NCBI GenBank assembly: GCA_964016885.1
Contig: OZ024740.1
Location: forward strand, 91,264,001 to 91,328,000
Direction of reading: 5' to 3'
Origin: Eledone cirrhosa
Taxonomy: Eukaryota
Length of the DNA: 64,000 nucleotides
Shown: positions 17,311-31,227 of the stretch, piece by piece
Position numbering within the stretch: position 1 is the stretch's first letter
How the letters are laid out: every line of letters begins with the position of its first letter
Position numbers and translations under genes: made by a program
The notes under the pieces: generated by a model
What the model was told of the DNA's origin: nothing
Database searches by the model: none
The model's input: the letters and a program-made list of their open reading frames with translations, nothing else

Positions 17311-17506
17311 AGGGAAAAGTATGACCCCTTTCCGGTCGTAAATACCTGGATAAAATCCTTTTTTTAATGCTTACTTGTGTTTTCTCTTTAGTCCTTTATA
17401 CCCCAAGATGGAACGGGATTCTTACAAACATGTGGAGTTACACCTAACCGTACGTTGAAACCGTCCATGAAACTGGCTTTCTTAACCACGAACTTTTTCT
17501 GCTTCC

Positions 17507-17593
<87 letters not shown>

Positions 17594-17595
<2 letters not shown>

Positions 17596-20500
17596 CCTGG
17601 GGAGGATCATATTGTTGTAATAATATTGCCAGAATTAATGAAAGAACACACTCACTGTTTGGTTGGTTTTCGCTCTTGTATCTTTCATATCAGTTAATTC
17701 ATTCGGTCCTCAAGTTTACCATTGATTGATCAACGGTCAAAAATACAGATATAATATAGACACAAACACATTTATTGTCTAACAAAGTTCTTTCGTTGCA
17801 CATATGCAACATCGTCAGTGGTTCAATTATGTTCCTCCTGTTGTATTGTATATCTACGCCATCTTTATTTATTCTGTTTTTTTATTTATTTATTTATTTA
17901 TTTATGTTCGTCTTCTTTTCTGCGTTTGCGTGTGTGTATAGTGTTTGGTGTGTGTTCGCGTTTGGGTGACTGTGTTTTCGTTATTGTAGTCTATCTTAGT
18001 TTACTAGGTGTGTTTATATGTGTTTGTTGTTAGCGTGCTTGTGTATATATTTATTGATTTATTTATATTTCTCATAGGTCAGTATTGTTTCTTTGGGTGT
18101 TGTTATTCCATTCATGTTTTCTGTTTAGCTTTGGCCCTCTAAGTTCTATTTCACTTGCCTCGCTTATTTGCCTATCTTCTGGGATATTTCTATGTTTAGA
18201 TATTATTTTAATTTCTATATTGTCTATGTTACCGTCATGTTGTTGTCTGGCGTATTCGCATAGTACTGGATCGTTTTTTCGTCCTTTCAGTTACTGCCAG
18301 TGTTGGTATATCCTTTCACCTATGCTACGAGCTGTCTCGCCTAGGATTGCTGTTGTCATATTTCTGCAAATACTCTCTGTACATCTTATGCCATAGACTA
18401 CGTTTCTAGTTTTACAGATTACCCGGGGGTTTACTATTACATATAATACATTTCCTATTAGTACAGTGGGTTTTCTTAAAAGAGTATGTTTTGCTGATCA
18501 GGGATTTTATGGTAGTTCCTTGCTTTTCTACCACTTTAATCTTTAAGTGGGTCTTTCTCAGAGCATTTCTACACTGGTTAGCTAATTTCACTCCAGGAGT
18601 AGCGTCCACGAACATGACACTCTGGTATCTCTGGTTGTACCATGAGGTGGCTTTCCCTATCTTATGTTTAGTCCTATCTAAGCTATTCCATGATATGCTC
18701 CTGTATAATGGGCAAATTCCTTTCATCTCCAGTTCTATGATGGTCTTATACTTCTCCGTGGATATTTCTTATACTCTGATTCTGTCTCTTTGGTTGTAGC
18801 CAGAGAATTGCATGCGGTGGATGAAGTGTTGGATGTGACTTTCCATTTCTGTTGGATCGCACATGCGGGACACGTTCTTTATCACTCGTACCAAGTCTGC
18901 AATCAGGATATTAAACTTAGCACTACTGGACATCGCTGAGTCTTGAGTATCAGGTATTTGGACGCCATGGGTTTAGCGTAGAATCAGTGGAGAATTTGGG
19001 CCCTCTCGTCTATAGTGTTAATCCAGAGTTCCATGTCTAATACAGGTAGTCTACTGTTAGGGTGTTTGAAAGGGTAGTCGATAGTTAGTCATACTCTGGT
19101 GGATGGTATTAGCTATCTGCTGGATACTTTCCATTGTGCTACATTCTAAATCATACATGTTAGTACTCTCTGGTGGGGGTATCCTTATTACTATATTAAT
19201 GTCAACCACGTAACGAGAGTACATGGTGAGGTCTATGGAGCTCTCATCAAGGAGATATTTGAGTCTCCTTTCCCACCATACCATTAAAAAGGTGGGCAAC
19301 GACACCAGCTATGCTGACGCCAATGGCTTGCTCCCTGATTTGGGGTGTAGATCTCGTTGAATTTGAATATCTGGTCCTTTAGGGTAGTTTTAATATTAGT
19401 CCCTATTGGATGTGCGACCATTTTTCTTACCTAATCATTGTTTTGTGGGATCCGTATGGCTTTGGTCTACTCAATCCACCTTCCTATGGGAGTATTTTTG
19501 CAATTGAAGTTATGGTGGGGGGCCTAGCTCTTATGGGTCTACTGGGGCAGAAACGGTTAAGGTCATGGCTGTCTAGGTAGTCAGTGCCATAGGTAAGTCT
19601 AAATAGGAGGCCCAATTCATCTGTGTCGACGTTGCAGAACTCCATCTCACTCTCACTGACCATCTGCACACATGTTTCCACAGCAAAATCAATGTTAATG
19701 AATGGGTATAGTGATACCACGTCCATACTGCCTATTATGCAGTTAGATAGGTATTTGTTTTTTATTGCATTCATTGATTCTGCTGAGGAGGTCCTCTGTA
19801 CTGTCACATACATCTGGGGACATCTTCATTATGGGGCGTATAACCATTGGGATGAAGTAGGAGATCATGTAGTTGCTAATGATATTGGCTCCGCATACAG
19901 GTCCTGTTCAACGTCCTTTTGTCGGGTCGTCGACTGCCATATGGTCATTGCGGAGCCCATACAGGGTGGTATGTCATTGTTAGTCGCCTGGAAGTTGTTG
20001 GCAGTGCGTCTGTCCACATCATCATGTAAGCGTTCAGGATCTTCTCTCTCCCCTCGTGTATTATCTGTGTCATTTCGCTCGTGTTGGTGATGTGGGGTTG
20101 CATAGCATTGATGTAGTTATGCATGCGATCTATTGACGTGCTACCAGACTTATCCGTGGGTAGACATACTACCTCACCATCCCTTGGGCGCGGCTTGAGG
20201 CTAACTAAGCCTTCTACAGGTTTCGTTCCAAGTTGTTGGACTTCTGGTCTGCTTTGTGTCTTAGTATATCGGTCTACTATTTGTCTAATCTTATTTCTAG
20301 CTATGGTGAACTGTGCCTTTGTCTCGTCATCTATTTGTTGCGGTATACAAACCCTTTTATTAAAAGGTAACCTCGTAGGATAAATATAACTCATCTGATA
20401 TGATTTGTAAGCTGAATTGAAGAATAGTTTCTCTAAAGGGTTGTCATTATGTCTAGAGTCATAGATGTGTGTGTTGCTATTATTGTTATTATGGTTGATG

Positions 20501-20813
20501 TTCCTACCATTAACATTATCATTATTGTTATGATTGCTACATGTATTGTTGTTATGGTTGTTCGATGTAGTGCTGTTGTTTTCTCTATTGTTATTGTTGT
20601 TACTGTTATTTCTAACATTGTGTTTGTTACTTTTCTTATGTTTTTGCTGTTGTGTTGTTGTTGTTGTGTCTGTCGTTAGTGTTTCTATTATTATTATTGT
20701 GGTTGTTTATTTTGGCATTCCATTAATCCTGGCAATATTATTACAAGGATATGACCCTTCCCAAGTATAACAATATTTGCTTCGACACACGATTTCATAT
20801 AAAAACCTCGCAA

Positions 20814-20820
<7 letters not shown>
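17594..20820 (-). mobile_element. Near full-length decayed PLE (RT plus C-terminal GIY-YIG) with inverted terminal segment
   Basis: Fragmented ORFs: LPTDKSG, GSMDVVSLYP (RT motif A), YSRYVVDI (decayed YVDD), SVMFVDATPG, GETARS..H. The sequence atac.tggg..gg.tcatat..ttgtaataatattgccag occurs at 17594 (+) and ~20770 (-). (TA)n on both sides. Confidence 0.85.
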
Positions 20821-20878
<58 letters not shown>

Positions 20879-20884
20879 ATATTG

Positions 20885-20929
20885 ATATATACATATATGT
20901 ATGAACATACACAAACACACACACTCACA

Positions 20930-20982
<53 letters not shown>

Positions 20983-21786
20983 ACACACACACAGACACAC
21001 ACACAACGATGGTTGCTAGACAGTACGGCTTAATACGGGATGTTTGTTTACAAATACACCGAGCATTATAATAAATGTTCGGTGAATCCATACGTACATA
21101 TATATAAATGTGTGCATGTGTATATATATATACATACTACTGTACGTCTGTATACATATATGTATGTACGTGTACATACTTATATTTAAGTAACAGCCAT
21201 ACTAAGAGTGGGAAATGTAATTTCGTTTCATTTTTTCCGTTTTTTCGTTTTCGGTGCACCCGGCCGATTAACCCACTCGATATGCAAATTGGGCTACTCA
21301 GCCGTTAATATGCATAGGGTAAGTATATACGTTCAACAATCTGGCAGGAAGGTATACGTTGCTGACGGTAGCGAATACGCTTGAAACTAGTACAGCGTTC
21401 CTTTGTCAGTGTTGAACAAACGAGCAGCGATGGTTGCTAGACACTACGGCTTAATACGGGATGTTTGTTTACAAAAACACCTACCATTATAATAAATGTT
21501 CGGTGAATCCATACGTACATATATATATGTGTGCATGTATGTATATATATATACATACTAATGTACGTCTGTATACATATATGTATGTACGTGTGCATAC
21601 TTATATTTAGGTAACAGCCGTAATAAGAGTGGGATATGAAATTTCGTTTCATTGTTTTCCGTTTATCATTTTCGGTGCACCCGGCAGATTAACCCACTCG
21701 ATATGCAAATTAGTATGTATATATATATATATATACATACTACTATACGTCTGTAACACATATGTATGTACGTGTACATACTTATA

Positions 21787-21790
<4 letters not shown>
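20885..21790 (+). repeat. Tandem array (~2 units, period ~421 bp) of the HHR-bearing repeat
   Basis: gatggttgctagaca at ~21008 and ~21429; reverse complement of the 60 kb array. Confidence 0.85.
21357..21397 (+). ncRNA. Minimal type I HHR in the tandem unit
   Basis: cgttg-CTGACGG-tagcg aata cgctt-GAAA-CTAG-TA-cagcg (A9G change). Confidence 0.7.
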
Positions 21791-21831
<41 letters not shown>

Positions 21832-23587
21832 TATTGATATATAATATATAAAGACTATGTTGTTCTATGGCAGATTATTGAGGGTATTATGGCTAAAATC
21901 CATGAATTCAGATCATATCCGAGGAAAGCATAGTACTAATAATTTGACAAGGTACACACTATCCTCTCAAGTTTTATATGTACAATTCTATTAAACTTTC
22001 GCAATGATTATATGGTAACATTTCACAGAGCAAAATAATTCTACTTATTATACTATAAATTGTATTGTATTGACTAAATTCTCTATTCTATACTTCAGGA
22101 CCTTTGTGATTCACATTGAATTCTAAGACTAGAATATACACTGGGTATCACCGGATACCTTTCCATCTCTTCTATTCTCTATATCTATATGTATAACCTT
22201 CTATTATCAAACTGCACCTTGATTTATATTGTATTTCCGCTGTGTTTTGATTTCTCCGATATGTTCTTATATACTTTCGTTTTAATCCAACACCACCCTA
22301 GTTATGACTGCGTTTTATTTATGTATTTTGCTTATTATCCCTCCTATTTAAGTATTTATTTACTCGCTTTACTGTCATTATATACTTATCGTTGTGCTCA
22401 TTAGCACACGACCCTAGAATATTACTATATATACCCTTATATATGTCTATCTTTATTCACTCCCCCTAGCTACCCCAGTACCACACTACTTATAACCCGG
22501 AATAACTGGGGACTAAATAGATTCTATTTGCTCATTTCATCGGGTTTTACCACTTTCAACCTCACATCACGGGTGTGAATATATAAAAATCGTTTGGTAA
22601 CACGCGATGATCCGACGAGTGTGGCGGCTTTCCGACTGGATGCCAGGCGTTCGGGTAGATAAGCCTTCCTTGAGTGCTTGGAAAAGTAAATTTCCCCTTC
22701 TTTCGGTAAACGAAATTACTCCGAACGGCTGATTCGCCCATATCCTCACTCGGACACGGAAATTGCTGCGCCGCCGGCTTTAACCGCAGAATAGTACCTT
22801 TAAATTATAGGCTTAATCATAACTATTAGCTGTATCATGCCTCCCTCTACTAGCACGTAACTAAATCCCCCTCCTGTGTTAATTAATAGTATTCGTTTGG
22901 TACATACGATTGCCAGACGGTGATGGCGGACTTCCCGCTAACACACCCGACGCCTAACACAGTTACATTCCGGGAGTGGTCGGAAAAATTAATTTCCAAT
23001 TCTTTCGCTAGACGATATTACTCGGAACGGCTGGCACGTTGTTAGGGAGTGATGGCCGGGATCTGCAGTCGCCGCTGGTTATTGACTGCTAAACAAGGGC
23101 TTAATCTTTACTCTATATCCTACCCTGAAAACTTATCAGAACTATTTATAATACATTTAAACTTTTTCATAAAAGCCTCTTTCTGTAAATTATTTAACTA
23201 AATCTCACAACGCAATACTTAAACCTTTTTTTTCTAATTTCATCTATAACTCTAAACATAAGTTTAACGTTTCTAATTGCTAACCGAAATTTCTGTCCAC
23301 ACAATATACCATACAGACGCCCACTATATATACCTTTGTTGAAAAAAAACATTTTTCGCGGCAATTTCTAGCACGCATAATCAGCCTGAGTGTGGCATGA
23401 CCTCAACGCTGACATTTCTCTTTGATGGGGAGGTAGTAGCACATTATAAGCTTACGCCCCCTCATCAGATGGTCATAAGTAGACTTAATCATCAACACTC
23501 GAGGGCGGCCGAATAGTCAGTCGTCCTCTTGTCTCTGACTGTCAGCCCCATGGATTTTATCTGTTATATTCCTTTGTTTTATTTTGA

Positions 23588-23646
23588 ATACCTGATGATG
23601 TCACCGGATTAATACTGAACCCGGTCAATTGAAATGGTCATAGTAT
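23588..23646 (+). ncRNA. Type I HHR at the 3' end of a probable PLE-derived element (~21850-23835)
   Basis: atac-CTGATGA-accgg/ccggt stem-GAAA-TGGTCA-TA-gtat, then AATAAA and a tail ending in (TA)n. Confidence 0.7.
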
Positions 23647-23943
23647 AATAAACCTTTCAAGGATTTACACCAGTCCCGCCTCCTGTTATTTTATAATAAT
23701 TAACTCCGTACTCGCACCACCAACTACACGAAAGAAGACGGGTGAGTTGCATTACGTTGAGTGCTCTCGATAATATTACATCGAGATTGACCATACGGAA
23801 TGACCAGTTCTATCCAGTGGTGAACCAACAAACCTAAATATATATATATATATATATATAGGAACAACCCCACTCTACTCCTCTAAATATTGAGTACTTT
23901 GGTGCGTTATGGTCCACCTGGTTCCTTACCACATTTCCTTCGT

Positions 23944-23975
<32 letters not shown>

Positions 23976-26900
23976 GTAAATATATGAAAAACGGAATTAA
24001 AGACTCGTGTTAATCCCCTGTAAATTTATGAGCTCAATGTATAAGTACAGGGTTCATCATAATATAATATGTCGAAAAGAACAAACCACAAAGTATATTT
24101 TCAAGTACAAAGTGTAGAAACCCACTAGAATGGAAGGGATACAATCAACGGAAAATTTGGAAAATACATAATAATTTGAAAAGTAAATTAAAATGTACAA
24201 ATCCATTTTTAGAATTATACAACACCTAGACAGATTCAAAGGAAATAATGTTTTTCCAAAAATAGTGTCAGAACCATAACATCCCAAAGCTTATCAACAG
24301 ATGTAGAGAAGATATGGAATGCACTTCTAAGGAGACATTACATAACGGGAATGTCGCACAGAGAGAGGACGAATAAAAACAAGCCCGCTAGCAGATCAGT
24401 CGTGATACTAAGAAGCGATGCGGGGATATTGTTATTACAAAGAATAGTGTGTTGTGTGTGTGTGCATAAATATGTTACAAAATAGTTTACAAAATAGAAT
24501 TATGACTAGTGAATATGGAATCAAATGTGTTGCCATTGTCTTTCACGAGGAAACGAAACCTGTATCACCTAGATATCTGCTTGAACCTTCGGCCTAAGAC
24601 AAATCCTTTTACCCCCACTTTTGTTCACCCTAATATATTAGCTACTTCATAGCATATCCACGCATGAGTACAACAATAATTATACATATAGATAGATAGA
24701 TGTACAAGCAGTTTTATGCATTTAAAAGAAGCCATGTACATCGACAGTTCTCACGTCTCCGAATAACGTACGTGTATGTGGTTATCTAACTTTCGTATCT
24801 TATACTCTAATATTGGGCAATTTCTAAAAGCTGCACTAACATTTAAAGAAATTCCACGGCACTACTCCTATAATTCTTGGATCAGCAAATATACGTCACT
24901 ATTTCGGTATATTACATTCGGCGTGTCTATATATTTTGTATAAATAAAGCATTAATCTGTCAAATATTGTGTAGTATCCTATGTATCACGAATTTATTAT
25001 CAATTTAAATGGATAGGAAGCTTTCAAACATTAATGCTATGTTATTTTCTGATACGGCACTAGAGAAACAGATATTAATTAACATTAATATTTAAATAAT
25101 TTTCAATGAAATAAGCTCAGCGGATTTAATTAGAAACTGCTACAGAATTAATAAGCTCATTCTTTTACATTTCATCCTAAAAATACATCTTTTATTCGCG
25201 AAAAAATATTTGCGAAACATACCTCCTTCTCCGACCATAATATTCGAAAATCAGTATTATGTTTTAGCTCTTCAGCAGAATAATAATTAATGAACTAGAA
25301 TATATTAATATTCACAATGGAAAGAATCACAGTCTTGTTAGCAATTTCATCAGTGTCCAAAATAATTCATTTACTTCTAAAACATGGCTGTTTTCCTTTC
25401 AATTTTAATGACAATATTTCAAATGTGAAAAAGAAAACACAATCAATTTAGAAATACCTCTAAAATATAAAACAAGGCCTAATTAGATTTGTTCTTTTCA
25501 CGTGTTGTGCCTTCATATGAACAATACATATGCATTCTATAGTGCAGCCTTATAGCTAGAAAATATTCTATGACTAAAACAAACAATCAAATATTGTAAT
25601 TGTGACTTGTCATTCTCAACATTTTTATTCCTTACAATTTAAATATATTCCACGTTTTTTTTAAGTCATATATTTAAATGTTTTTCAAATATATTTTTGG
25701 GTGGCTGAATGAAATTGTGGAATAAATGCATGCAATATATATATATCAAATTCAACTCTAAACAATCACAATAATTAAAGTGATCACCGTTCTTATGGAA
25801 CCATTCTTCATATTTCTATTATTGACACTATATGTACATAGTAGGTACACTTGAAATGGAGATTATTTTTGGCTATTTTCAGGGAGAATATTATTAGGTC
25901 CACTTATTTATTTGGGAGCCGTGTATGTCTCATATCAACATGCGGTGTATGTGAAATTGTTCAAATTGTCTCAAGAGTAAACATGTGTGTGAAGAAAATA
26001 AATATTGTCATGAAACCAATATACTCTGAACATTTATTGAGCTATACTATTTAATTATTTTAAAGTTTGGAGAAAATGTATTATACTTGTGCCAATAACA
26101 GCTATGTAATTCCCACGGGTTTTTGCATGTCCGAATGTGTAATATTTATGAAATATTTGAGCTTATATCAGGAATTATATTGTAGATGGATTTCAGGAAA
26201 GGGAATTAAAGTGATTATTAAAAAATTATCTGTTCCACTCATTAATATAAAATGTATTATTCATAATGACTTTAAATATTACACATTATTTCCGAGGACA
26301 TTCACTTTAAACTACACAATATTAAACATAATTATTATATATTGATATTAATGACAATGTATACCCACATATACATAGATATAAAGATAGTATATAGCTT
26401 GGAGTTAGTGGCTTTTTCTGTAGAATTTTTCCTCCGTTTTATAGAAACATCAAGCAATATTTAAACGTTAAATTATGTGAGATTGACAAATCTCTGCATT
26501 ACCAGTGGTTACAAAATCGTAATTCATGTATCTAACTTCGATTATTGTAAGCAGAATACAAAATGAAGAATTCGTGTGAGGGCTATAGTGTTCAGGGCAT
26601 GAGTTCGTTTGTTCAGATGACACGCTTTAAAATTTAAAAACACGATGTCATGCGTCCGAAATTAGCAGCATTAAATTTGAAGCATTTTTTTTTAGACACA
26701 AAATGTGCCCATAACTGTTCAGATTACATCGGTATGTCTAGCAGTTCTTCTACTAGTGACCCTTTATGACAATGTTCAATTGGATTATATAATGCTGTCC
26801 ATGCCAGCTTCGTGTGTCTGCAATTGTTTGTGAGAATGAGCTGGCAATTATTACTGTTGAAATTTTGGTTGCGGGAGTAAGGTGTTTTTTTTTAATTTTT

Positions 26901-27683
26901 TGTAAGACGGTGATTTAACATTAGCTAACATTATGTGGCAGCAAATTATTAATTCAGGTTTCTTTGTTCAGATGACATGCTGGAATATCTAAAAATGCTA
27001 CATTATTTAAAATCTCATACATCTGGAAATTGGCACCCTTAATTTGGAGCTTTTTTCAGAAACAAATTATACACAAGGGATTCTGATTATATCAGATTGT
27101 TTAGTATTTCTTGTAATATCCTGCAAGACCGAATGTTTACTTAGGGTATGCAACTAACAGCTCACCTACATAGGGAGCCGAAATACAAATAAAGTACAGA
27201 GTTATTAACTCATATTGATACACTGTAATTAACAAGCTCTAAGTATAAATACTGAGCATTATATAATAATATATGTAGAAATAATCTGTCCGAGAGATGC
27301 AATAGTTATTGATACGGTCTGTATAAATTATATATCTCACTGTATGATTCAGATTTAATATATAAAACATTTGTGGTATATCTACTCTCGTAATTGTAGA
27401 CACAGAATTATCTGAGTTTATTTCAGCATATATTTCTACATATATTATTATATAATGCTCAGTATTTATACTTTGAGCTTGTTAATTACAGGGTATCAAT
27501 ATGAGTTAGTAACGTAGTATTTTATTTGTATTTCGCTCCTTATCTATGTGAGCTTATAAGTTTAGTGTAATAAGGCTATTATTTCTAACACAACCACTCA
27601 CACCACGTATAGCCTACATCACACGAGGTGTATTTTACGCCTGGGAGTTCTTGTTAGATGTGTTTTGTTTCATTTGATATAAT

Positions 27684-27769
27684 CTCTCGCTGAAGAAAAG
27701 CCTACGGCTTATCTGTTACAAACGCAATTTTCAGGGCGAATCAGATTAAATCTCTAATCTGTCCGAGAG
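27684..27769 (+). ncRNA. Type I HHR with a full stem III
   Basis: ctctcg-CTGAAGA-..gcc..ggc-GAAT-CAGATTA/TAATCTG-TC-cgagag (one core change, GAAA to GAAT). Confidence 0.7.
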
Positions 27770-27929
27770 ATGAAATAGTTATTGATACGGTCTGTATAAA
27801 TTATATATGTCACTGTGTGATTCAGATTTAATATATAAAACATTTGTGGTATATCTACCCTCGTAATTGTAGACACGGAATTCTCTGTGTTTATTTCAAC
27901 ATATATTTTTACATATGTTATTATATAAT

Positions 27930-28117
27930 TGTTTCTACTTTTGGCAAAAGGCCATCAATTATCCCAGTGCATTACTGGTACTTTATTTTATCGACCCCGT
28001 AATGATGAAAGGCAAAGTCAACCTCGGCGGGATCTGAACTCAGATCGTAAAGGGACGTAACTATGCTGGAAAGCATGGTACCTGACCCTCTACCGATACT
28101 GCCAATCCACCGCCCTT
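27930..28117 (-). mobile_element. tRNA-derived SINE
   Basis: B-box-like tctgagttca and core ctttgcctttcatc..cggggtcgataaaataaagtaccagt; flanked by a ttattatataat duplication. Confidence 0.8.
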
Positions 28118-28202
28118 ATATTATTATATAATGCTCAGTATTTATACTTTGAGCTTGTTAATTACAGGGTATCAATATGAGTTAATAACTCTGGATTCTA
28201 TT

Positions 28203-28385
<183 letters not shown>

Positions 28386-29510
28386 AATACAATATCAGAG
28401 AAATCTTTTTAGCGGTACTCCGGACAAATTCCAACTCACTCAACAAACATTAGGAAATAAGTGATTATATTCACAATTATGCGTTAGGGGTGGTAAATAA
28501 AAGTATTGGGTGGAAAATTGCCTGTATTATTTCATATGAGACATATCGAATATATCTCTTCCCAGAAGGACGTCTCGATTCATTATAGGATTCCTACAAT
28601 TTGGGTTAAATTAAACCAATTTATGTAGGAGCTTGTATACCATCAATAGATATATATTCAAGTGGGCTCCTATAATTCATCAGTGGGTGCCCCAATAATA
28701 CTAATATTGATAATCTAACCAACATCAGTATTTAGTGATAATCATCATCTGTACCTAAGGTATCTGTCAGGTTGCTAGTCCAACAGTTCTAAAGAAGTGC
28801 TCAAACTGATTCAAAAATGAGGAAGTAAATTACCGCCAAAAAAACAATACATGCGCATGACAATGAACTCTAAAAGGAATTCCGGCCACGTGCTAAGAAC
28901 TCAATTGGAAATTGAAAAAATATCTATGTGTGTACAACATTTGATGACACACATAGATATTTTCTCGGGCAACATAACAGAATATAGATATAAGGAACAA
29001 GCAATATTCATATATAAAAATAAACACGATACTCCGGCCAAATTCCAACTCACTCAAGAAACATTAGGAAATAAGTGATCATATTCCCAATTATGCGTTT
29101 GGGGTGCTAACTAAAAGTATTGCGTGGAACATTGGCTGTATGATTTCATATGAGACATATCGAATATATATATATATATACATATATATAAGTGTGTCTG
29201 TGTTTGCGTGTACGTATGTGTGGGCGTCTGTTAGTGTGTGTGGAGAGAAAGAAAGAGAGATATATATATAGAGAGAGAGAGCATTGATAATTGCGAAGTC
29301 CTGATTAAAATATTCGTAATAATATTATTCATTTACTTCATAATCTGCAAAAACACATATTTCTCTGGCTTTCATGATTATGTAACTCAGTCATTACTCA
29401 TCCAGCCAGACATTTTCAGGAACACAGCATTATATATAACAAGTTATTAAATATTCTTCTTAATTCAATACAAGCTATCGAGAAGTGGATTACAGTTTCG
29501 ATGTTTTTAC

Positions 29511-29588
<78 letters not shown>

Positions 29589-29827
29589 ATACAGAGGCCA
29601 TATGTTATGTTATTCTAGCCAACTGGCAAACCACCTCCGTATAAATTTTGTTATTCTGTATTTTGCCATTTCCCATTGATATATCATTCAATCTTTCTCA
29701 ATTTCAACTGTTGACAGCGCCACCTGAATTGTGTTATGCTATGTTTGAGTACACCTACCGTATTATGAATTTTGCAATATTAAGGGAATTTCATGTATTC
29801 GGCCTAGTTTATAATCAGGGTATTAGG

Positions 29828-30200
29828 AATAATTGTTTCTACTTTTGGCACAAGGCCAGCAAATACCCAGTCCATTACTGGTACTTTATTTTATCGACCT
29901 CGTAAGGATGAACGGCAAAGTTAACCTCCACGGGATTTGAACTCAGAATGACAGGGCCGTAAATCTATGCGTCAAAGCATGGCGTCCGACCCTCTACTGA
30001 CACTGCCAATCCACCGCCTTAGAAATAATTGTTTCTAATTTTGGCACAAGGCCAGCAATTACTCCAGTGCATTACTGGTACTTTATTTTATCGACCCCCG
30101 TAAGGATGAAAGGCAGAGTTAACCTCTGCTGGATTTGAACTCAGAAATTAAAGTGATGTAACTCTTTGCTGCATAGCATTTCGTCCGACCTTCTACCGAA
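29828..30200 (-). mobile_element. Two adjacent copies of the same SINE
   Basis: Same core at ~29875-29950 and ~30070-30145. Confidence 0.8.
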
Positions 30201-30704
30201 TAATTAGGAAATAGGTGTCAAAGAATGGTCATTATAATTATTCTCGTGATATTGACGTGCATTTCATGATTGATCAGGTGAAGTTACAATCCTTATCGAT
30301 CGCGCCTGTTACTGGAATTATTAGTCCGACTCGTGGTTTTTTTAATGACGAGAAATATCTCTGTACAGCTATGAAATTCCCTATTCTCAGTTACTTGAAT
30401 TGTTATGTCTTTCCTTGTGTGGATCGCTTATTTTCAGGGGGAATAGAGAGGATGAGTAAAAGGGAAAGGAAAAGAGGGAATTAAGAGAATGAAAGGGAAA
30501 ATGAGTGAGGGTGAACGGAATGAAAGATCGGAGAATGGTGGTGAATGGAAAAGTTGAAAGAAAAAAAAAGAGAAACGGAAGAAAAAGTTGCAAATAACTG
30601 GTAAGTGTGGGAGATAGTGCTAGAATAGTGAGTAAAATAAATAAAATGAAAAAAATGGGGAGATACAAGGATACTTAAATACCATGAAATTAAATATATT
30701 AACT

Positions 30705-30925
30705 AATTGTTTCTTATATAGGCACAAGGTCACCAATTTTGGCGGATGGGAAAGTCGTTTAAATCGACCCTAGTGCGTGACTGGTGCTTCATATTATCGA
30801 CCCTGGAAGAATGAAAAACAAAGTTAACCTCGGCGGACTTTGAACTCATAGATTAAAGGGCCTTAAGTCTACGCTGCAAAGCATAGCGTCCGACCCTCTG
30901 CCGATACTGCCAATACACCGCCCTA
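30705..30925 (-). mobile_element. SINE copy
   Basis: Same core and head as 27930-28117. Confidence 0.75.
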
Positions 30926-31149
30926 CACACGATGATTAATGAAAATAAGAAATAAACTTAAATAAAATAATAAAGGAAAAAGAAAAAATATAAATAAGTA
31001 TAGGTGTAGATGCCAATAAGAAAAAAAAAAGAATATGCTTGGGGCATTGTTGAGTTCTTAAACTCTTTGAATAAGCTGAGGACGTTTGAAGTGAGTTTTC
31101 TGACCTAGGTCGGTATTTTGACCAGATACATGTGTGTACGTCTGTGTGT

Positions 31150-31227
<78 letters not shown>

